From: an uncultured Methanolobus sp.
Lineage (GTDB): Archaea > Halobacteriota > Methanosarcinia > Methanosarcinales > Methanosarcinaceae
Direction: 5' to 3'
NCBI GenBank assembly: GCA_963675495.1
Contig: OY776215.1
Coordinates: forward strand, 384,001-448,000
DNA: 64,000 nucleotides
Numbering within the stretch: position 1 is the stretch's first letter; every line of letters begins with the position of its first letter. Under the pieces are notes generated by a model. That model ran no database searches, was not told the DNA's origin, and worked only from the letters and a program-made list of their open reading frames with translations. The position numbers were made by a program, and so were the translations under genes. This document shows positions 53,677 through 64,000 of this stretch, piece by piece.

Positions 53677-55617
53677 TCATCTTCTTTTTTGCCTGTATGA
53701 AACTGCCAGCAATCCCACAGCAGCGAACAATGCAGTGAATCCTGGTATTCCCTTACTTTCCTCTGTTGTTTCAGGAATCATGCTGTACTCCTCATAATCT
53801 TCGTAGACGACTATTGAAGTACCCATGAATGCAGTATCGTTGACATAGTAATCCTGAAGTTCTTCCAGTAAGCTCTGGACACCAGTATCAATCATGAAGC
53901 CTTCATTTACTGCAATTCCTATAAGCGCTTTTGATTCAGATATCCTGATCTCGCCCATCTTTGGTGCTATGGAATCTATAATTTCATCCTTGGTTTGAGG
54001 ATAAGTATCATCCAGGGAATATGTCTGAAGGACTATAAGGTCAGCACTTGCTGAAACCTCGGTAATATCTGCCAGAGCATATGATGCCGGAATATCAATG
54101 GCCACAGCAAGTTCGTCTCCTGCCATCTCACGGACATCCTCAAGAAGAAGCAAGTTCAGGGTGCAGGCTACCTCTGGATCATCACTGCAGGGGTCAAGTG
54201 CAATATCAACACCATCAAAAGCTGAAAGTGACTTGTTGTTATAATCAATAACCTTCTCCAGTACATTTTTCACGTACACGGAATTATCCTCATCAGAGTC
54301 ACTCTTTGGGTCGTTGAATATCATTGCATAGACCTGTATGTCGTGGTCACGGGCCTGTTTTACAAATCGTTCCAGATTCCAGACATCATCGCCATCAGTA
54401 AGCAACATTACAGTATTTATCCCACTATCTTTGAGATCTACTATAGTGGTATCGTCATACCCTTCTGTATCGAAGATCCGTATCGCACTCATAAGACCGC
54501 TTGCAGGAGTTATATTTATCCTTACAGGTTCAACTTCTGCAACTGTCTCTTCTTGTGCTATGTTACCTGCGAACATTACAGTTGGCTCTTCAGAAACAAA
54601 ATTGCGCACGTAGACATAATCAAAGGATGCATAACCAGTGTTATCTGAAACATCTGAATAAGTACTTGCAAACAGATAGACCTTCATATCCGTAAGAGGA
54701 ATATAATTGTTCTCTTCTGTTGCCGTAAGGTCCATTCTGCTGTCCCTCACACCATTCTTGAACCAGGCTATCTTTCCAAATTCATCCTCCATATACCATG
54801 CAACACCTATTGTGTACCAGTCACCTTCAGCTACATTGACATTTGTAAGATCTGCCGGGAAATAACGGGCATCGCTTTTGGAATTTTCAAGTATCCATGT
54901 CACCTTGGTCTCATTCTCAAGTTCAGTGGATGCTAGCACCTGGTTCTTTGTTTCCCTTTGGGGATCTACAAATCCCTGTGATATTATAGGACCACGGCTG
55001 TCAGTACCTGTGGTCACCTTTTTCCTTTTGGCTACGAACATTGAATTGATCAGGAACTCATCCTTGGATTTGATACTTACAACATCTTCCGGATGGAATT
55101 TTGGAACTATAAGGTTGCACGCACCATTAGAAACTTTTACCTCACTGCCACCTGTTGTATACGATTCCCAATTGCCAAATAAGCTGGAACCACTGAAATC
55201 ATCATAGAACTCAAAAGTCGAAGAACTGCTGCTTATATCGGCTGCATCAGGATTTCCATAGTGCATTGTTATTTTAGCACTGCCATTAGCCGCGATGGAT
55301 GGAACTTTAACCCATACGACGGCCTCTTCCTTTGCAGTATCCCATTCTTCTATCCAGTGCTGAAGTTGCTTATCGCCGGAGGAAAAACGTATGTCTTCCC
55401 CTTCAGAACGTGCAATAGAAAAATCAAAGTTGGAACTATTAAGAACAATAGGTATCTGGTAATTCACCAGTTTGGTCCCTGAGTTTTCTTTAATAGTTAT
55501 CTCTTCTGAAAAATTCCAATCTCCCCCACCTGAATATGTTAACGCGGAGCCTGTTTGTACAAATACTATACAAGTAAGCAGTAATATTGTTGCATAAATA
55601 ATTCTTTTTAATAGCAA
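53677..55617 (-). CDS. DUF2341-domain surface protein with PGF-CTERM
   Basis: Signal peptide; DIRF...WIE...WVKVP...YGNP; IPGF+TM+RQKRR. Confidence 0.85.
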   Translation of the reverse strand: MLLKRIIYATILLLTCIVFVQTGSALTYSGGGDWNFSEEITIKENSGTKLVNYQIPIVLNSSNFDFSIARSEGEDIRFSSGDKQLQHWIEEWDTAKEEAVVWVKVPSIAANGSAKITMHYGNPDAADISSSSSTFEFYDDFSGSSLFGNWESYTTGGSEVKVSNGACNLIVPKFHPEDVVSIKSKDEFLINSMFVAKRKKVTTGTDSRGPIISQGFVDPQRETKNQVLASTELENETKVTWILENSKSDARYFPADLTNVNVAEGDWYTIGVAWYMEDEFGKIAWFKNGVRDSRMDLTATEENNYIPLTDMKVYLFASTYSDVSDNTGYASFDYVYVRNFVSEEPTVMFAGNIAQEETVAEVEPVRINITPASGLMSAIRIFDTEGYDDTTIVDLKDSGINTVMLLTDGDDVWNLERFVKQARDHDIQVYAMIFNDPKSDSDEDNSVYVKNVLEKVIDYNNKSLSAFDGVDIALDPCSDDPEVACTLNLLLLEDVREMAGDELAVAIDIPASYALADITEVSASADLIVLQTYSLDDTYPQTKDEIIDSIAPKMGEIRISESKALIGIAVNEGFMIDTGVQSLLEELQDYYVNDTAFMGTSIVVYEDYEEYSMIPETTEESKGIPGFTALFAAVGLLAVSYRQKRR

Positions 55618-55817
55618 TCCTCACACCTCTCAAAATACTATTATCTTTTTTTACTCCGTATTTCTTACTAATAATTTGTAATCAGAGAGTATAAATGTTG
55701 TGCATATTATTCTTTCTGTTTATTAAGGATAATACATATTGCGAATAATATATTAATAAGACAAACAAAATTTGGTGCCTTTCTATCAAAATACAAAAAA
55801 AAAGGATTTGTAAATTA

Positions 55818-56672
55818 TCAATGCTTGTTAATGAAATATTCTATCAGCCACCCGGATATACTTGTGTTCCGTGGAATAACAGGAATCTCATCTTTTTTGA
55901 ACCATCCGGCTTCCTCTATTTCGACACCATCGACTGCTATTTCTCCTTCTGAAAACTCTGCGGTGAATCCTAGCATGAGCGAATCAGGATAAGGCCAGGG
56001 TTGACTGCCAAAATACTTGATGTTCTTAATTGATATCCCCACTTCCTCCCTGACCTCTCTCACAACAGCCTCTTCTACTGACTCACCTGGCTCTACAAAA
56101 CCTGCTAAGATACTGTAAAGTCCTGGCTTGAAATGAGGAGAACGGGCAAGCAGGACTCTGTCATCTTTCTCTATAAGCACAATGATCGCGGGAGATATCT
56201 TGGGAAATGCAAGAAATCCGCATTTAGGACATTCTTTTGCCCGTTCATTCTCTCTAAGCGATGTCCCTGAACCACACCTGCCGCAGAATAAGGTATTTTT
56301 GTCCCACTCCATGATATGAACAGCTTTTCCTGCAAGATAAGCAAGACCTTCTTCCAGAATTCCGGTCAGCTCCCTAATACCTACAAAGTTGCCATTCTCA
56401 CCGATCTTCCCAGCAGCAGCATTTGAACCATCAAGCTCCGCTGAAAAGCAGGAAATATCCCTGAGTTCACCCAGATACTGGGTTCCTAGAACATCGAGAC
56501 CCATATTCTTGATCTCTTCAAAAGAAGGCAGCCTTAAACTGTCCTTCTCATTCAGCAGCAATAACTCACGATTCTTAAATGCAAAACAATAAGTTTGATT
56601 ACTGCCTTTTTTTTGCGGGGGATGAATCAACGGCATGAAATCCGAATCCCATAATCTGTCTTCTGTGTTCAT
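55818..56672 (-). CDS. nudC: NADH pyrophosphatase
   Basis: FCGRCG...CPKCG zinc site, Nudix box GESVEEAVVREVREEVG, SQPWPYP. Confidence 0.93.
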   Translation of the reverse strand: MNTEDRLWDSDFMPLIHPPQKKGSNQTYCFAFKNRELLLLNEKDSLRLPSFEEIKNMGLDVLGTQYLGELRDISCFSAELDGSNAAAGKIGENGNFVGIRELTGILEEGLAYLAGKAVHIMEWDKNTLFCGRCGSGTSLRENERAKECPKCGFLAFPKISPAIIVLIEKDDRVLLARSPHFKPGLYSILAGFVEPGESVEEAVVREVREEVGISIKNIKYFGSQPWPYPDSLMLGFTAEFSEGEIAVDGVEIEEAGWFKKDEIPVIPRNTSISGWLIEYFINKH

Positions 56673-56774
56673 GGCTTGAAGAATAATGTCCGGGTACATT
56701 TATCAAAGTTACCTTAGACCTTAAGTTTTAATAATCTGCAAGCAAATTAGTATTCGGTTAAAGGGAGATAATTG

Positions 56775-57446
56775 ATGAACTATCTGATACTGGTAAGACA
56801 CGGGCAATCGAGATGGAATCTTGAGAACAGGTTTGCAGGGTGGGTCGATGTAGCCCTGAGTAAAAAAGGAATTGAAGAGGCAATGGATTGTGGCGAAGAA
56901 CTTGAAAACGTAGAACTGGATATTGCCTTCACATCTAAATTATCCAGAGCACAGGAAACACTGTTTCTTATACTTGCGAAGCAGAAAAAGACAGGCATTT
57001 TTCTGCATGAAAATAATAAAAGGGACAAATGGTCATTTCATCCTTCAAGATTTGATGATTCTGAGATACCGGTATATTCAAGTGATTCCCTTAACGAAAG
57101 ATTCTACGGAAACCTGCAAGGCCAGAACAAACAGGAAGCAAAAGAAGTTTATGGAGAAGAACAGGTTTTCATCTGGAGAAGAAGCTATGACATACAGCCT
57201 CCGGGTGGTGAGAGTCTTAAAGATACCTATGAACGCACCATTCCTTATTTTAAGGAACACATTTTCCCTCAGCTTGAAGATGGAAAAAATGTGATTGTTG
57301 CTGCACACGGAAACAGCCTGCGCTCCGTAGTTAAATATATTGAAAACATCAGCGATGAGGACATAACTAAACTCGAAATAACAACAGGTAAGCCAATATA
57401 TTACCAGTTTGTGAAGGGCGAATTAATAAAGGAAGAAAAAAAATAA
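56775..57446 (+). CDS. gpmA: 2,3-bisphosphoglycerate-dependent phosphoglycerate mutase
   Basis: LVRHGQS, LNERFYG, WRRSYD, AHGNSLR. Confidence 0.93.
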   Translation: MNYLILVRHGQSRWNLENRFAGWVDVALSKKGIEEAMDCGEELENVELDIAFTSKLSRAQETLFLILAKQKKTGIFLHENNKRDKWSFHPSRFDDSEIPVYSSDSLNERFYGNLQGQNKQEAKEVYGEEQVFIWRRSYDIQPPGGESLKDTYERTIPYFKEHIFPQLEDGKNVIVAAHGNSLRSVVKYIENISDEDITKLEITTGKPIYYQFVKGELIKEEKK

Positions 57447-57463
57447 CGAAAAAAAAATGAAGT

Positions 57464-57856
57464 TCACTCATATGGTGATATTTCATCTGCCAGCGGAGAG
57501 GTGTGCAAGACACATTCATCGCCGTGTTTTACAAGTTCTTCAATGGATTTTCTTAGTATGGAAGGATAGACAAGACCCACTTCTTCTTTAATAGCACGGC
57601 CCTTGCAGAAGAACTTAAAAGTTGGAGTTCCTCTTACACCATATTTCCTTGCGGTCATGGGACTCTCAAGTCCGTTCATCCTGACAAAAGTGCATGACTC
57701 GTGGAACTCACTTGAATATTCCCTGAAATAAGGTTCTATTTCCTTGCAATGAGTGCAGGTCGGAAGATAGAACATAACCACCATGGGTTTTTCCTGATTT
57801 TCAATTAATTCTTCCCAGTTAGAATCATTTACTTCGATCACATTATTTTCAGTCAT
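57464..57856 (-). CDS. Thioredoxin family protein
   Basis: CTHC active site; GTPTF. Confidence 0.88.
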   Translation of the reverse strand: MTENNVIEVNDSNWEELIENQEKPMVVMFYLPTCTHCKEIEPYFREYSSEFHESCTFVRMNGLESPMTARKYGVRGTPTFKFFCKGRAIKEEVGLVYPSILRKSIEELVKHGDECVLHTSPLADEISPYE

Positions 57857-57968
57857 TTTTACCGCTCCCATATTAAATAAAAACGTACAAATATTAAAAT
57901 GTATCTTCAAAAAAAGAAATGTAACAGGCATAAAAGCCTGCACCAGTTAATTTCGCAAAATATCTGCT

Positions 57969-59390
57969 TCAGATGTTCTCTTTTGCCCAGACGGCTGCTG
58001 CATCAAGTACTGCATGGTTGAGCGGAATAAGCTTTGGTTTCTTGGAGAACGTTTCAGCCAAGGCAGCCTTGAAATTATCTACACCAAGACCTGTTATTCC
58101 AAGAGCCATGATAACTCCGAGCATTACCGTATTTGCAGCTTTCTCTGAACCTGCGTCACCTGCTATCTTAATTGCCGGGACAGCTACACCGGTGACACCT
58201 TCCGGAATATCACATTCGCCTATGGTCGAGTCGTAGAGTATGTAGCCACCCTCTTTGACGTCAACAGCAAACTTTTCCAGCGAAGGACGGTTCATTGCAA
58301 CAAGAACATCAGGAGTGTAGACCACAGGAGAACCAATGGATTCACCTGAAACAACCACTGAACAATTGGATGTGCCACCTCTCTGTTCAGGACCGTATGA
58401 CGGATACCATGAAACAAAACGCTGTCCATCACAACCTGCGTGTGCAAGGGTCAATCCCATACTAAGTACACCCTGACCTCCAAATCCTGCTGCTTTTATC
58501 TGGACCTCCGGGAGTGATGGGTTCAGAACTGCATCAGGCGATGACTCTGTCTCAAGGTTGAAGAGGGCATCAATTGCCTGTTTGTCAAAAATACTATCTT
58601 CCCTGAGAAGTTGTTCCGTCTCAGCAGACAGGTCCCTTAAATTGCCCAACGGGAACTCCTGTTCCATTTGCTCGTTCACAAATTTGGTGCTCTGTTCAGA
58701 GTTTTGCCTCAGATTTGTTGGACAGTTTGAAAGAATCTCAACAAATGCATATCCTTTACCATCACGCTGTATCTCAAGAGCTTTACGGATAGCTTTGCGT
58801 GCCTTGCGGATATGGGATATGTCTGAGATAGAGACCCTTTCAATAAATACAGGGGCTTTCAGATTGTTAAGAAGTTCACACATATGCAGGGGATAACCTG
58901 CAAATCTTGGGTCTCTTCCATCAGGACAGGTAACGGTTTTTTCACCGATTAGGGTTGTTGGCGCCATCTGGCCGCCGGTCATACCATAAACCGTGTTATT
59001 GACAAAGAATACTGCGATCTTCTCACCACGATTAGCCGCCTGTAGAGTCTCATTCAAACCTATAGATGCAAGGTCACCATCACCCTGGTAAGCAATAACT
59101 ACCGCATTGTCCTGTGCTCTTGAAACACCGGTTCCAACTGCAGGAGCACGTCCATGAGCTACCTGGAGATTTCCACAGTCAAAGTAATAATAGGCAAAAA
59201 CAGAACATCCTACTGGACTTATCATGACACTGCGGTCCTGTATCTCCAGATCGGACATTGCTTCACCAATAAGCTTGTGAATGATACCGTGACCGCATCC
59301 GGGACAGTAGTGAGTTGCAGTAGGTGCTGCACCACCCTTTCGGGGGAATTCAGGATACAGACCTGCACTTTTGATAACTTTTTCTGCCAT
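57969..59390 (-). CDS. vorA: 2-oxoisovalerate:ferredoxin oxidoreductase, fused TPP-binding and gamma-like subunit
   Basis: [12 protein letters not shown]...NN TPP motif, [14 protein letters not shown]. Confidence 0.85.
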   Translation of the reverse strand: MAEKVIKSAGLYPEFPRKGGAAPTATHYCPGCGHGIIHKLIGEAMSDLEIQDRSVMISPVGCSVFAYYYFDCGNLQVAHGRAPAVGTGVSRAQDNAVVIAYQGDGDLASIGLNETLQAANRGEKIAVFFVNNTVYGMTGGQMAPTTLIGEKTVTCPDGRDPRFAGYPLHMCELLNNLKAPVFIERVSISDISHIRKARKAIRKALEIQRDGKGYAFVEILSNCPTNLRQNSEQSTKFVNEQMEQEFPLGNLRDLSAETEQLLREDSIFDKQAIDALFNLETESSPDAVLNPSLPEVQIKAAGFGGQGVLSMGLTLAHAGCDGQRFVSWYPSYGPEQRGGTSNCSVVVSGESIGSPVVYTPDVLVAMNRPSLEKFAVDVKEGGYILYDSTIGECDIPEGVTGVAVPAIKIAGDAGSEKAANTVMLGVIMALGITGLGVDNFKAALAETFSKKPKLIPLNHAVLDAAAVWAKENI

Positions 59391-59392
59391 CT

Positions 59393-60454
59393 TTATTCCT
59401 CCTTTGCAGCTATTTTTCTGATACTTTCCAGCACCTGATCCATTGTTATCAGGTTTCCACCCATGCGATATACAAGCTCTGTGGGCCTGCTGCACTCAAT
59501 AGCAAGTTTGATATCTTCAAGCATTTGTCCGTTGCTCATTTCAACGGAGACGAATGTGCAGTCCCTTGAATCTGCAATTTCCTTTAATTCTTTTTCAGGG
59601 AAAGGGAAGAGTGTCTTTGGTCTGAAAAGACCGACTTTTATACCCTCTCTCCTTGCCAGGTCAACAGCTGATCTGCATATACGACTGCTGATTCCATAGG
59701 AAACAAGGATTATAGATGCATCCGTTGCCATGTAATCTTCAAAATCGACCTCTTCTTCCTTTATGGTGTCGTATTTCTCCTGAATCTCATAGTTGAATTC
59801 TTCCAGCTGGTTGAAATCAAGGAATATAGATGTAACAAGATTCTCTCTGGTGTCTGCGGTTCCGCTTACGGCCCATGTTGTGTCAATTTCCGGTCTGACA
59901 GAAACTTCCGGAAACTGCAGGGACTCGACCATCTGGCCAAGTACTCCATCCGCCAGCACATATACAGGAGTTCGATACTTGAAAGCGAGTTCAAAGCCCG
60001 TGATAACCATGTCGCACATTTCCTGTACGGAGTTGGGTGCCAATACTATACTCTTGTAATTGCCGTGTCCGCCGCCTTTTACAACCTGACTGTAATCACC
60101 CTGTTCAGGACCTATATTACCAAGCCCAGGACCTGCTCTCATGATATCAACGATGACACAGGGAAGTTCAGCACCAGCAAGATAGGAAACTCCTTCCTGC
60201 TTCAGGCTTATACCGGGACCTGATGATGCGGTCATGACCCTGTGACCGGTGGATGCTGCACCGTAGACCATATTAATGGCAGCCTCTTCTGATTCAGCCT
60301 GTACGAATTTCCTTCCCGTCATAGGGAAATATTTTGAAGCCTCCTGCAATATCTCACTTGCAGGGGTAATAGGATAACCGAAATAACAGTCACAGCCAGC
60401 GTATAATGCGCCAATAACAGCTGCTGTGTTACCTTTTACTAATTGTGTTGCCAT
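59393..60454 (-). CDS. vorB: 2-oxoisovalerate:ferredoxin oxidoreductase subunit VorB
   Basis: GYPITP, QAESE, SSGPG, RAGPGLG. Confidence 0.88.
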   Translation of the reverse strand: MATQLVKGNTAAVIGALYAGCDCYFGYPITPASEILQEASKYFPMTGRKFVQAESEEAAINMVYGAASTGHRVMTASSGPGISLKQEGVSYLAGAELPCVIVDIMRAGPGLGNIGPEQGDYSQVVKGGGHGNYKSIVLAPNSVQEMCDMVITGFELAFKYRTPVYVLADGVLGQMVESLQFPEVSVRPEIDTTWAVSGTADTRENLVTSIFLDFNQLEEFNYEIQEKYDTIKEEEVDFEDYMATDASIILVSYGISSRICRSAVDLARREGIKVGLFRPKTLFPFPEKELKEIADSRDCTFVSVEMSNGQMLEDIKLAIECSRPTELVYRMGGNLITMDQVLESIRKIAAKEE

Positions 60455-60471
60455 ATGTTCTCACCTTTAGC

Positions 60472-60705
60472 TCATTGATCTTTAAGCGGAATGTGTATCT
60501 CTATGGCAAGCGGCTCAGGACAGGTGTAGTAGCAATTGGCACAACCTGTGCAGCCCTCGCCTGCATACTCTACATAATAGTATCCTCGTTCGTTGAGCTT
60601 ATCGCTCATTTTCAGGACACTTTTAGGACATGCAACAATACAACGTCCGCAGGCTTTACACTCAATGATATTAATAACCGGATAGGGTTCTTTCTTGCCT
60701 GACAT
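60472..60705 (-). CDS. 2[4Fe-4S] ferredoxin subunit (VorC-like)
   Basis: [12 protein letters not shown] and [12 protein letters not shown]. Confidence 0.9.
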   Translation of the reverse strand: MSGKKEPYPVINIIECKACGRCIVACPKSVLKMSDKLNERGYYYVEYAGEGCTGCANCYYTCPEPLAIEIHIPLKDQ

Positions 60706-60821
60706 AATACAATGCCTCATTTTGATCTATAAAAATAATATCCCGGAACCGGGAATAGTCCATAGAGGCAATAAACATCTATTTACTTTATGGTCCGGAA
60801 TGGTCAGTATAAACAGGAAAG

Positions 60822-62498
60822 TTACTGATCACTTTCCTTATCATGGTCGCGTATTTCTACACGTCTTATCTTTCCGCTGATGGTTTTTGGAAGTTCAGAT
60901 ACGAACTCGACCACTCGTGGGTACTTGTAAGGTGCAGTGACCTTCTTTACATGGTTTTGAAGCTCTTTTTTCAGTTCAGCACCTGCAGTATAATCCTTTG
61001 TAAGAACAATAGTTGCTTTGATGACCTGTCCCCTTACAGGATCAGGCACACCTGTGATGGCACACTCAAGAACAGCAGGGTGTTCTATAAGAGCACTCTC
61101 TACTTCAAAAGGACCTACACGGTAACCGGATGTCTTAATGATATCGTCGGCTCTGCCAACAAACCAATAGTAACCATCTTCGTCCTTCCATGCCATATCA
61201 CCTGTGTGGTAATATCCGTCATGCCAGACCCTGGAAGTCATTTGCTCATCAGAGCGGTATCCGGCGAATATGCCAGGTGGGTTTCCGAAACTTGTGTCGA
61301 TAACGATCTCGCCTTCCTCACCAACCTCACATGGTTTGCCTTCTCCGTTAAGGAGAATGATATCATATTCAGGAGAAGGTTTGCCCATAGAACCTGGTTT
61401 TGGCTCTAGCCATGGATAAGTTGCAACGGAAACAACGGTTTCTGTCTGTCCGAATCCTTCCATGAGCTTCATACCGGTTATACGGTAGAACTGTTCATAT
61501 ACCTCAGGATTTAGCGGTTCTCCTGCTGTTACACAGTATTTGAGACTGCTGAAATCATAGTTACTAAGGTCTTCCCTGATAAGGAACCTGTATATGGTGG
61601 GAGGAGCACAGAATGTAGTTACACCGTACTTGATGGCATTCTCAAGCATCTTATCTGCACTGAATTTTTCATAATCGTAAACAAAAACAGAACTGCCAGA
61701 GAGCCACTGACCATAAATCTTACCCCATACGCATTTTGCCCAACCTGAGTCGGCAACAGTGTAGTGAAGACCTTCGTCTGTGACATTCTGCCAGTATTTT
61801 GCAGTTATAATATGTGCAAGAGGATAAGCGAAATTATGTTGCACCATCTTAGGGAAACCTGTTGTCCCTGATGAGAAGTAATTCAGCAAAATATCATTGT
61901 TTGTAGTCGCATCCTCACCGGTTGGACGAACAAAATCCTCTGATGCCTTTTCCATCTCTGTGGTGAAATCAAGCCATCCTTCTTTTTCAATTCCAATAAC
62001 CAGACGATTTTTGAGTATGCTGCTTATCTCTTCGTAAGCCTCATCCACATAGCTGAGAACACCGTCATCCGGTGCGCAGATTACAGTGTTGATGACTGCA
62101 CGCTCTACTCTGTAAACGATATCCTTTTTTGTAAGCATATGTGTTGCAGGAACTGCAGTGGCACCTATTCTGTGAAGTGCAAGCAAACAGAACCAGAACT
62201 CATACCTGCTCTTTAGCATAAGCATTACACTATCGCCTTTTTTGACGCCAATATCGTTAAGCATATTGGCAGTCTTATTACTATAATACTCAAGATCCTT
62301 GAAAGTGAGTATTTTCTCGTTGTCGTTGTCATCGCACCAGACAAGAGCCTTCTTATCAGGCTGCTGTGCAGCATAAACATCGACTACGTCGTAGGCAAAG
62401 TTAAAATTATCAGGAACGTTTATTTTGAAGTTTTCCTTAAAATCCTCGTAGGAATCATATTCAACACGTGAAATATATCTATCAAGTAATGAAGTCAT
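60822..62498 (-). CDS. AMP-dependent acyl-CoA synthetase (medium/branched-chain type)
   Basis: [30 protein letters not shown]. Confidence 0.93.
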   Translation of the reverse strand: MTSLLDRYISRVEYDSYEDFKENFKINVPDNFNFAYDVVDVYAAQQPDKKALVWCDDNDNEKILTFKDLEYYSNKTANMLNDIGVKKGDSVMLMLKSRYEFWFCLLALHRIGATAVPATHMLTKKDIVYRVERAVINTVICAPDDGVLSYVDEAYEEISSILKNRLVIGIEKEGWLDFTTEMEKASEDFVRPTGEDATTNNDILLNYFSSGTTGFPKMVQHNFAYPLAHIITAKYWQNVTDEGLHYTVADSGWAKCVWGKIYGQWLSGSSVFVYDYEKFSADKMLENAIKYGVTTFCAPPTIYRFLIREDLSNYDFSSLKYCVTAGEPLNPEVYEQFYRITGMKLMEGFGQTETVVSVATYPWLEPKPGSMGKPSPEYDIILLNGEGKPCEVGEEGEIVIDTSFGNPPGIFAGYRSDEQMTSRVWHDGYYHTGDMAWKDEDGYYWFVGRADDIIKTSGYRVGPFEVESALIEHPAVLECAITGVPDPVRGQVIKATIVLTKDYTAGAELKKELQNHVKKVTAPYKYPRVVEFVSELPKTISGKIRRVEIRDHDKESDQ

Positions 62499-62507
62499 AC
62501 TGCCTCC

Positions 62508-63062
62508 TCATAAAACAACAGCCAGGAATTTTGCAGGTTTTCCACCCATTGCCTGCATTCCGTGTTCATAGTTAGAATCAAAGAAAATGGAATCTCCTTC
62601 TTCAAGAACTATCTCGTTATGATGAATGGTTACTTTCAGGGTACCTTCAAGGACGTAATCGAATTCCTGTCCGGGATGAAAGTTAGTTGATACAGGTGTA
62701 CCTTCCGGTTTCGGGTCGACCTTGACAACAAAAGGTTCAGCTTTCTTGTGAGAAAAATTAGCAGCAATGTTCTGGTACTTGTAATCCCTACGACGCTCGG
62801 CACTGACTCCTTTGTCCTTTCGGGTTACAGAGAACACATGCATTCTGGGAACTTCACCTGTAAGCAGCACAGATAGATCAACATCGAGGTTCTGGGCAAT
62901 CTCAAATAGAATGCTTGCCGGTACGTCCTCTTCTGCATTCTCATACCTGGCGTATGTTTCAACAGGCAATGTTAGTTTTTCAGCCATTTCCTCAACGGAA
63001 ATATCCGAAATATCACGTAATTCCTTTACACGAGCTGCAATTTCTTTGATCTTTTCCTGCAT
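62508..63062 (-). CDS. XRE-family regulator with cupin domain
   Basis: N-terminal HTH; [12 protein letters not shown]; GDSIFFDS. Confidence 0.92.
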   Translation of the reverse strand: MQEKIKEIAARVKELRDISDISVEEMAEKLTLPVETYARYENAEEDVPASILFEIAQNLDVDLSVLLTGEVPRMHVFSVTRKDKGVSAERRRDYKYQNIAANFSHKKAEPFVVKVDPKPEGTPVSTNFHPGQEFDYVLEGTLKVTIHHNEIVLEEGDSIFFDSNYEHGMQAMGGKPAKFLAVVL

Positions 63063-63366
63063 AGAAATACCTTCACAAAATCATCATGTGGATACAATAA
63101 GAGAAATATTTCTCAGAATGGGTTCTTTTACCCTGATTCCTCCAGATTGGTTCGTGATTTTAAGGCTTACTATTATTTTAATATATTTGTTCAAATAATG
63201 CTATGCATAGGCATGACATGGACTAGTAAACTGGTTTTTAAGAAGATGAAAAGAACATCTTTGATTTTATTGAAGGAAATATATTAATAAAATAATAAGT
63301 AATTTATCATTATCAATATATACTTTAATGGTATCCTATCATACCAACAAGGCATAATCGATTAAC

Positions 63367-64000
63367 ATGGGCGGCATTTGGGAATTGTTTGAAAAAATGG
63401 AACATGAGTACAGAAGGCAGTTACTTCATGCTGCATTTGGCCTTTTGATACTACTTTTCCCATTTATCGGGCCTGAGATACTGCTGTTATTAAGTTTTCT
63501 TGTCATAGTGGGACTGACCTTTCTTCCAGAAGATGCAGCAATAAACAGATGGCTATACAAAAAACCACTTCCAGGCTCAAGGGAAATGCTCACTGATAGC
63601 ATCAATGAGGGATTGAAAAGCGCAAAGAATCTGGCCATTGCAGTATTTATCCTTATGTTAATAAGCTCATTATTAAAATTCACATCATATCAGCTTCCAC
63701 TGTATGTTATTGCAGGCGCGATCGCAATATCCACCTTTGGTACCAGTGCTGCGAATTTCATACGTCACAGAAAAAAGTTGCAATCTCTGCGCTATAGTCC
63801 AAAAAATATTGATGGCCGTGAATCTCATTTATTACCCTCAAGTATCGTACTCCTTGGTGTGGGAATAATAACAGCATACATTGCCGGAACATGGCTCATG
63901 CACTGGCATAAAATAGATGTCAGCCCGAATATGTTATTCTTCCTGGTTGTCATTGGTTCTACAACAGGTGCTCTTTTTGAATCAATTCCTTCACGCATAG
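63367..64000 (+). CDS. Polytopic membrane protein, partial (runs off the window; cytidylyltransferase/DUF92-like)
   Basis: Open frame MEHEYRRQLLHAAFGLL... with several TMs, ending GALFESIPSRI at the window edge. Confidence 0.65.
   Translation, partial: MGGIWELFEKMEHEYRRQLLHAAFGLLILLFPFIGPEILLLLSFLVIVGLTFLPEDAAINRWLYKKPLPGSREMLTDSINEGLKSAKNLAIAVFILMLISSLLKFTSYQLPLYVIAGAIAISTFGTSAANFIRHRKKLQSLRYSPKNIDGRESHLLPSSIVLLGVGIITAYIAGTWLMHWHKIDVSPNMLFFLVVIGSTTGALFESIPSRI

Noticed and set aside
269-63683. Many short antisense or alternate-frame ORFs in the track (e.g. 17276-17944, 32254-32847, 39497-40051, 60843-61409, 63426-63683)
   Set aside because: They overlap well-supported genes and show no recognisable motifs, so they are shadow ORFs.

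Overview
Archaeal DNA that looks like Methanosarcinaceae (Methanolobus/Methanococcoides-like). This is inferred from cdhA, the vor operon, PGF-CTERM proteins and DUF1724-type regulators. In order, the window holds: (1) 0.2-11.6 kb, a SipW/TasA-like fibre locus with a signal peptidase, several pilin-like paralogues, a giant DUF2341/LamG adhesin, a membrane-anchored subunit and a pseudogene. (2) 11.9-15.8 kb, the most novel-looking unit: a signal-less M4 (thermolysin-family) protease carrying a tandem Cys-Pro-Pro repeat tract, translationally coupled to a PqqD(RRE)-radical SAM/SPASM maturase and preceded by a small WC-motif ORF. This may be a protease-fused RiPP or protein-crosslinking system. 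(3) 18.0-24.9 kb, two decayed casposon-like elements in tail-to-tail orientation, with 30-bp TIRs, a 14-bp target duplication, PolB remnants, an IS5-family insertion and cargo genes. (4) Mostly housekeeping and surface genes: VIT-VWA, HIT, an orphan cdhA, a NosD/PGF protein, lysA, pirin, sirtuin, a sensor kinase, a hydantoinase-like gene, a CbbO/NorD-type VWA gene, acyl-CoA ligases, nudC, gpmA and vor. Several unannotated remnants lie among them (tyrosine integrase, cdhB, TfoX, cbbQ), plus one gene with an in-frame amber codon. No CRISPR array, tRNA or rRNA was recognised. All family calls come from motif recognition by eye, not database searches.
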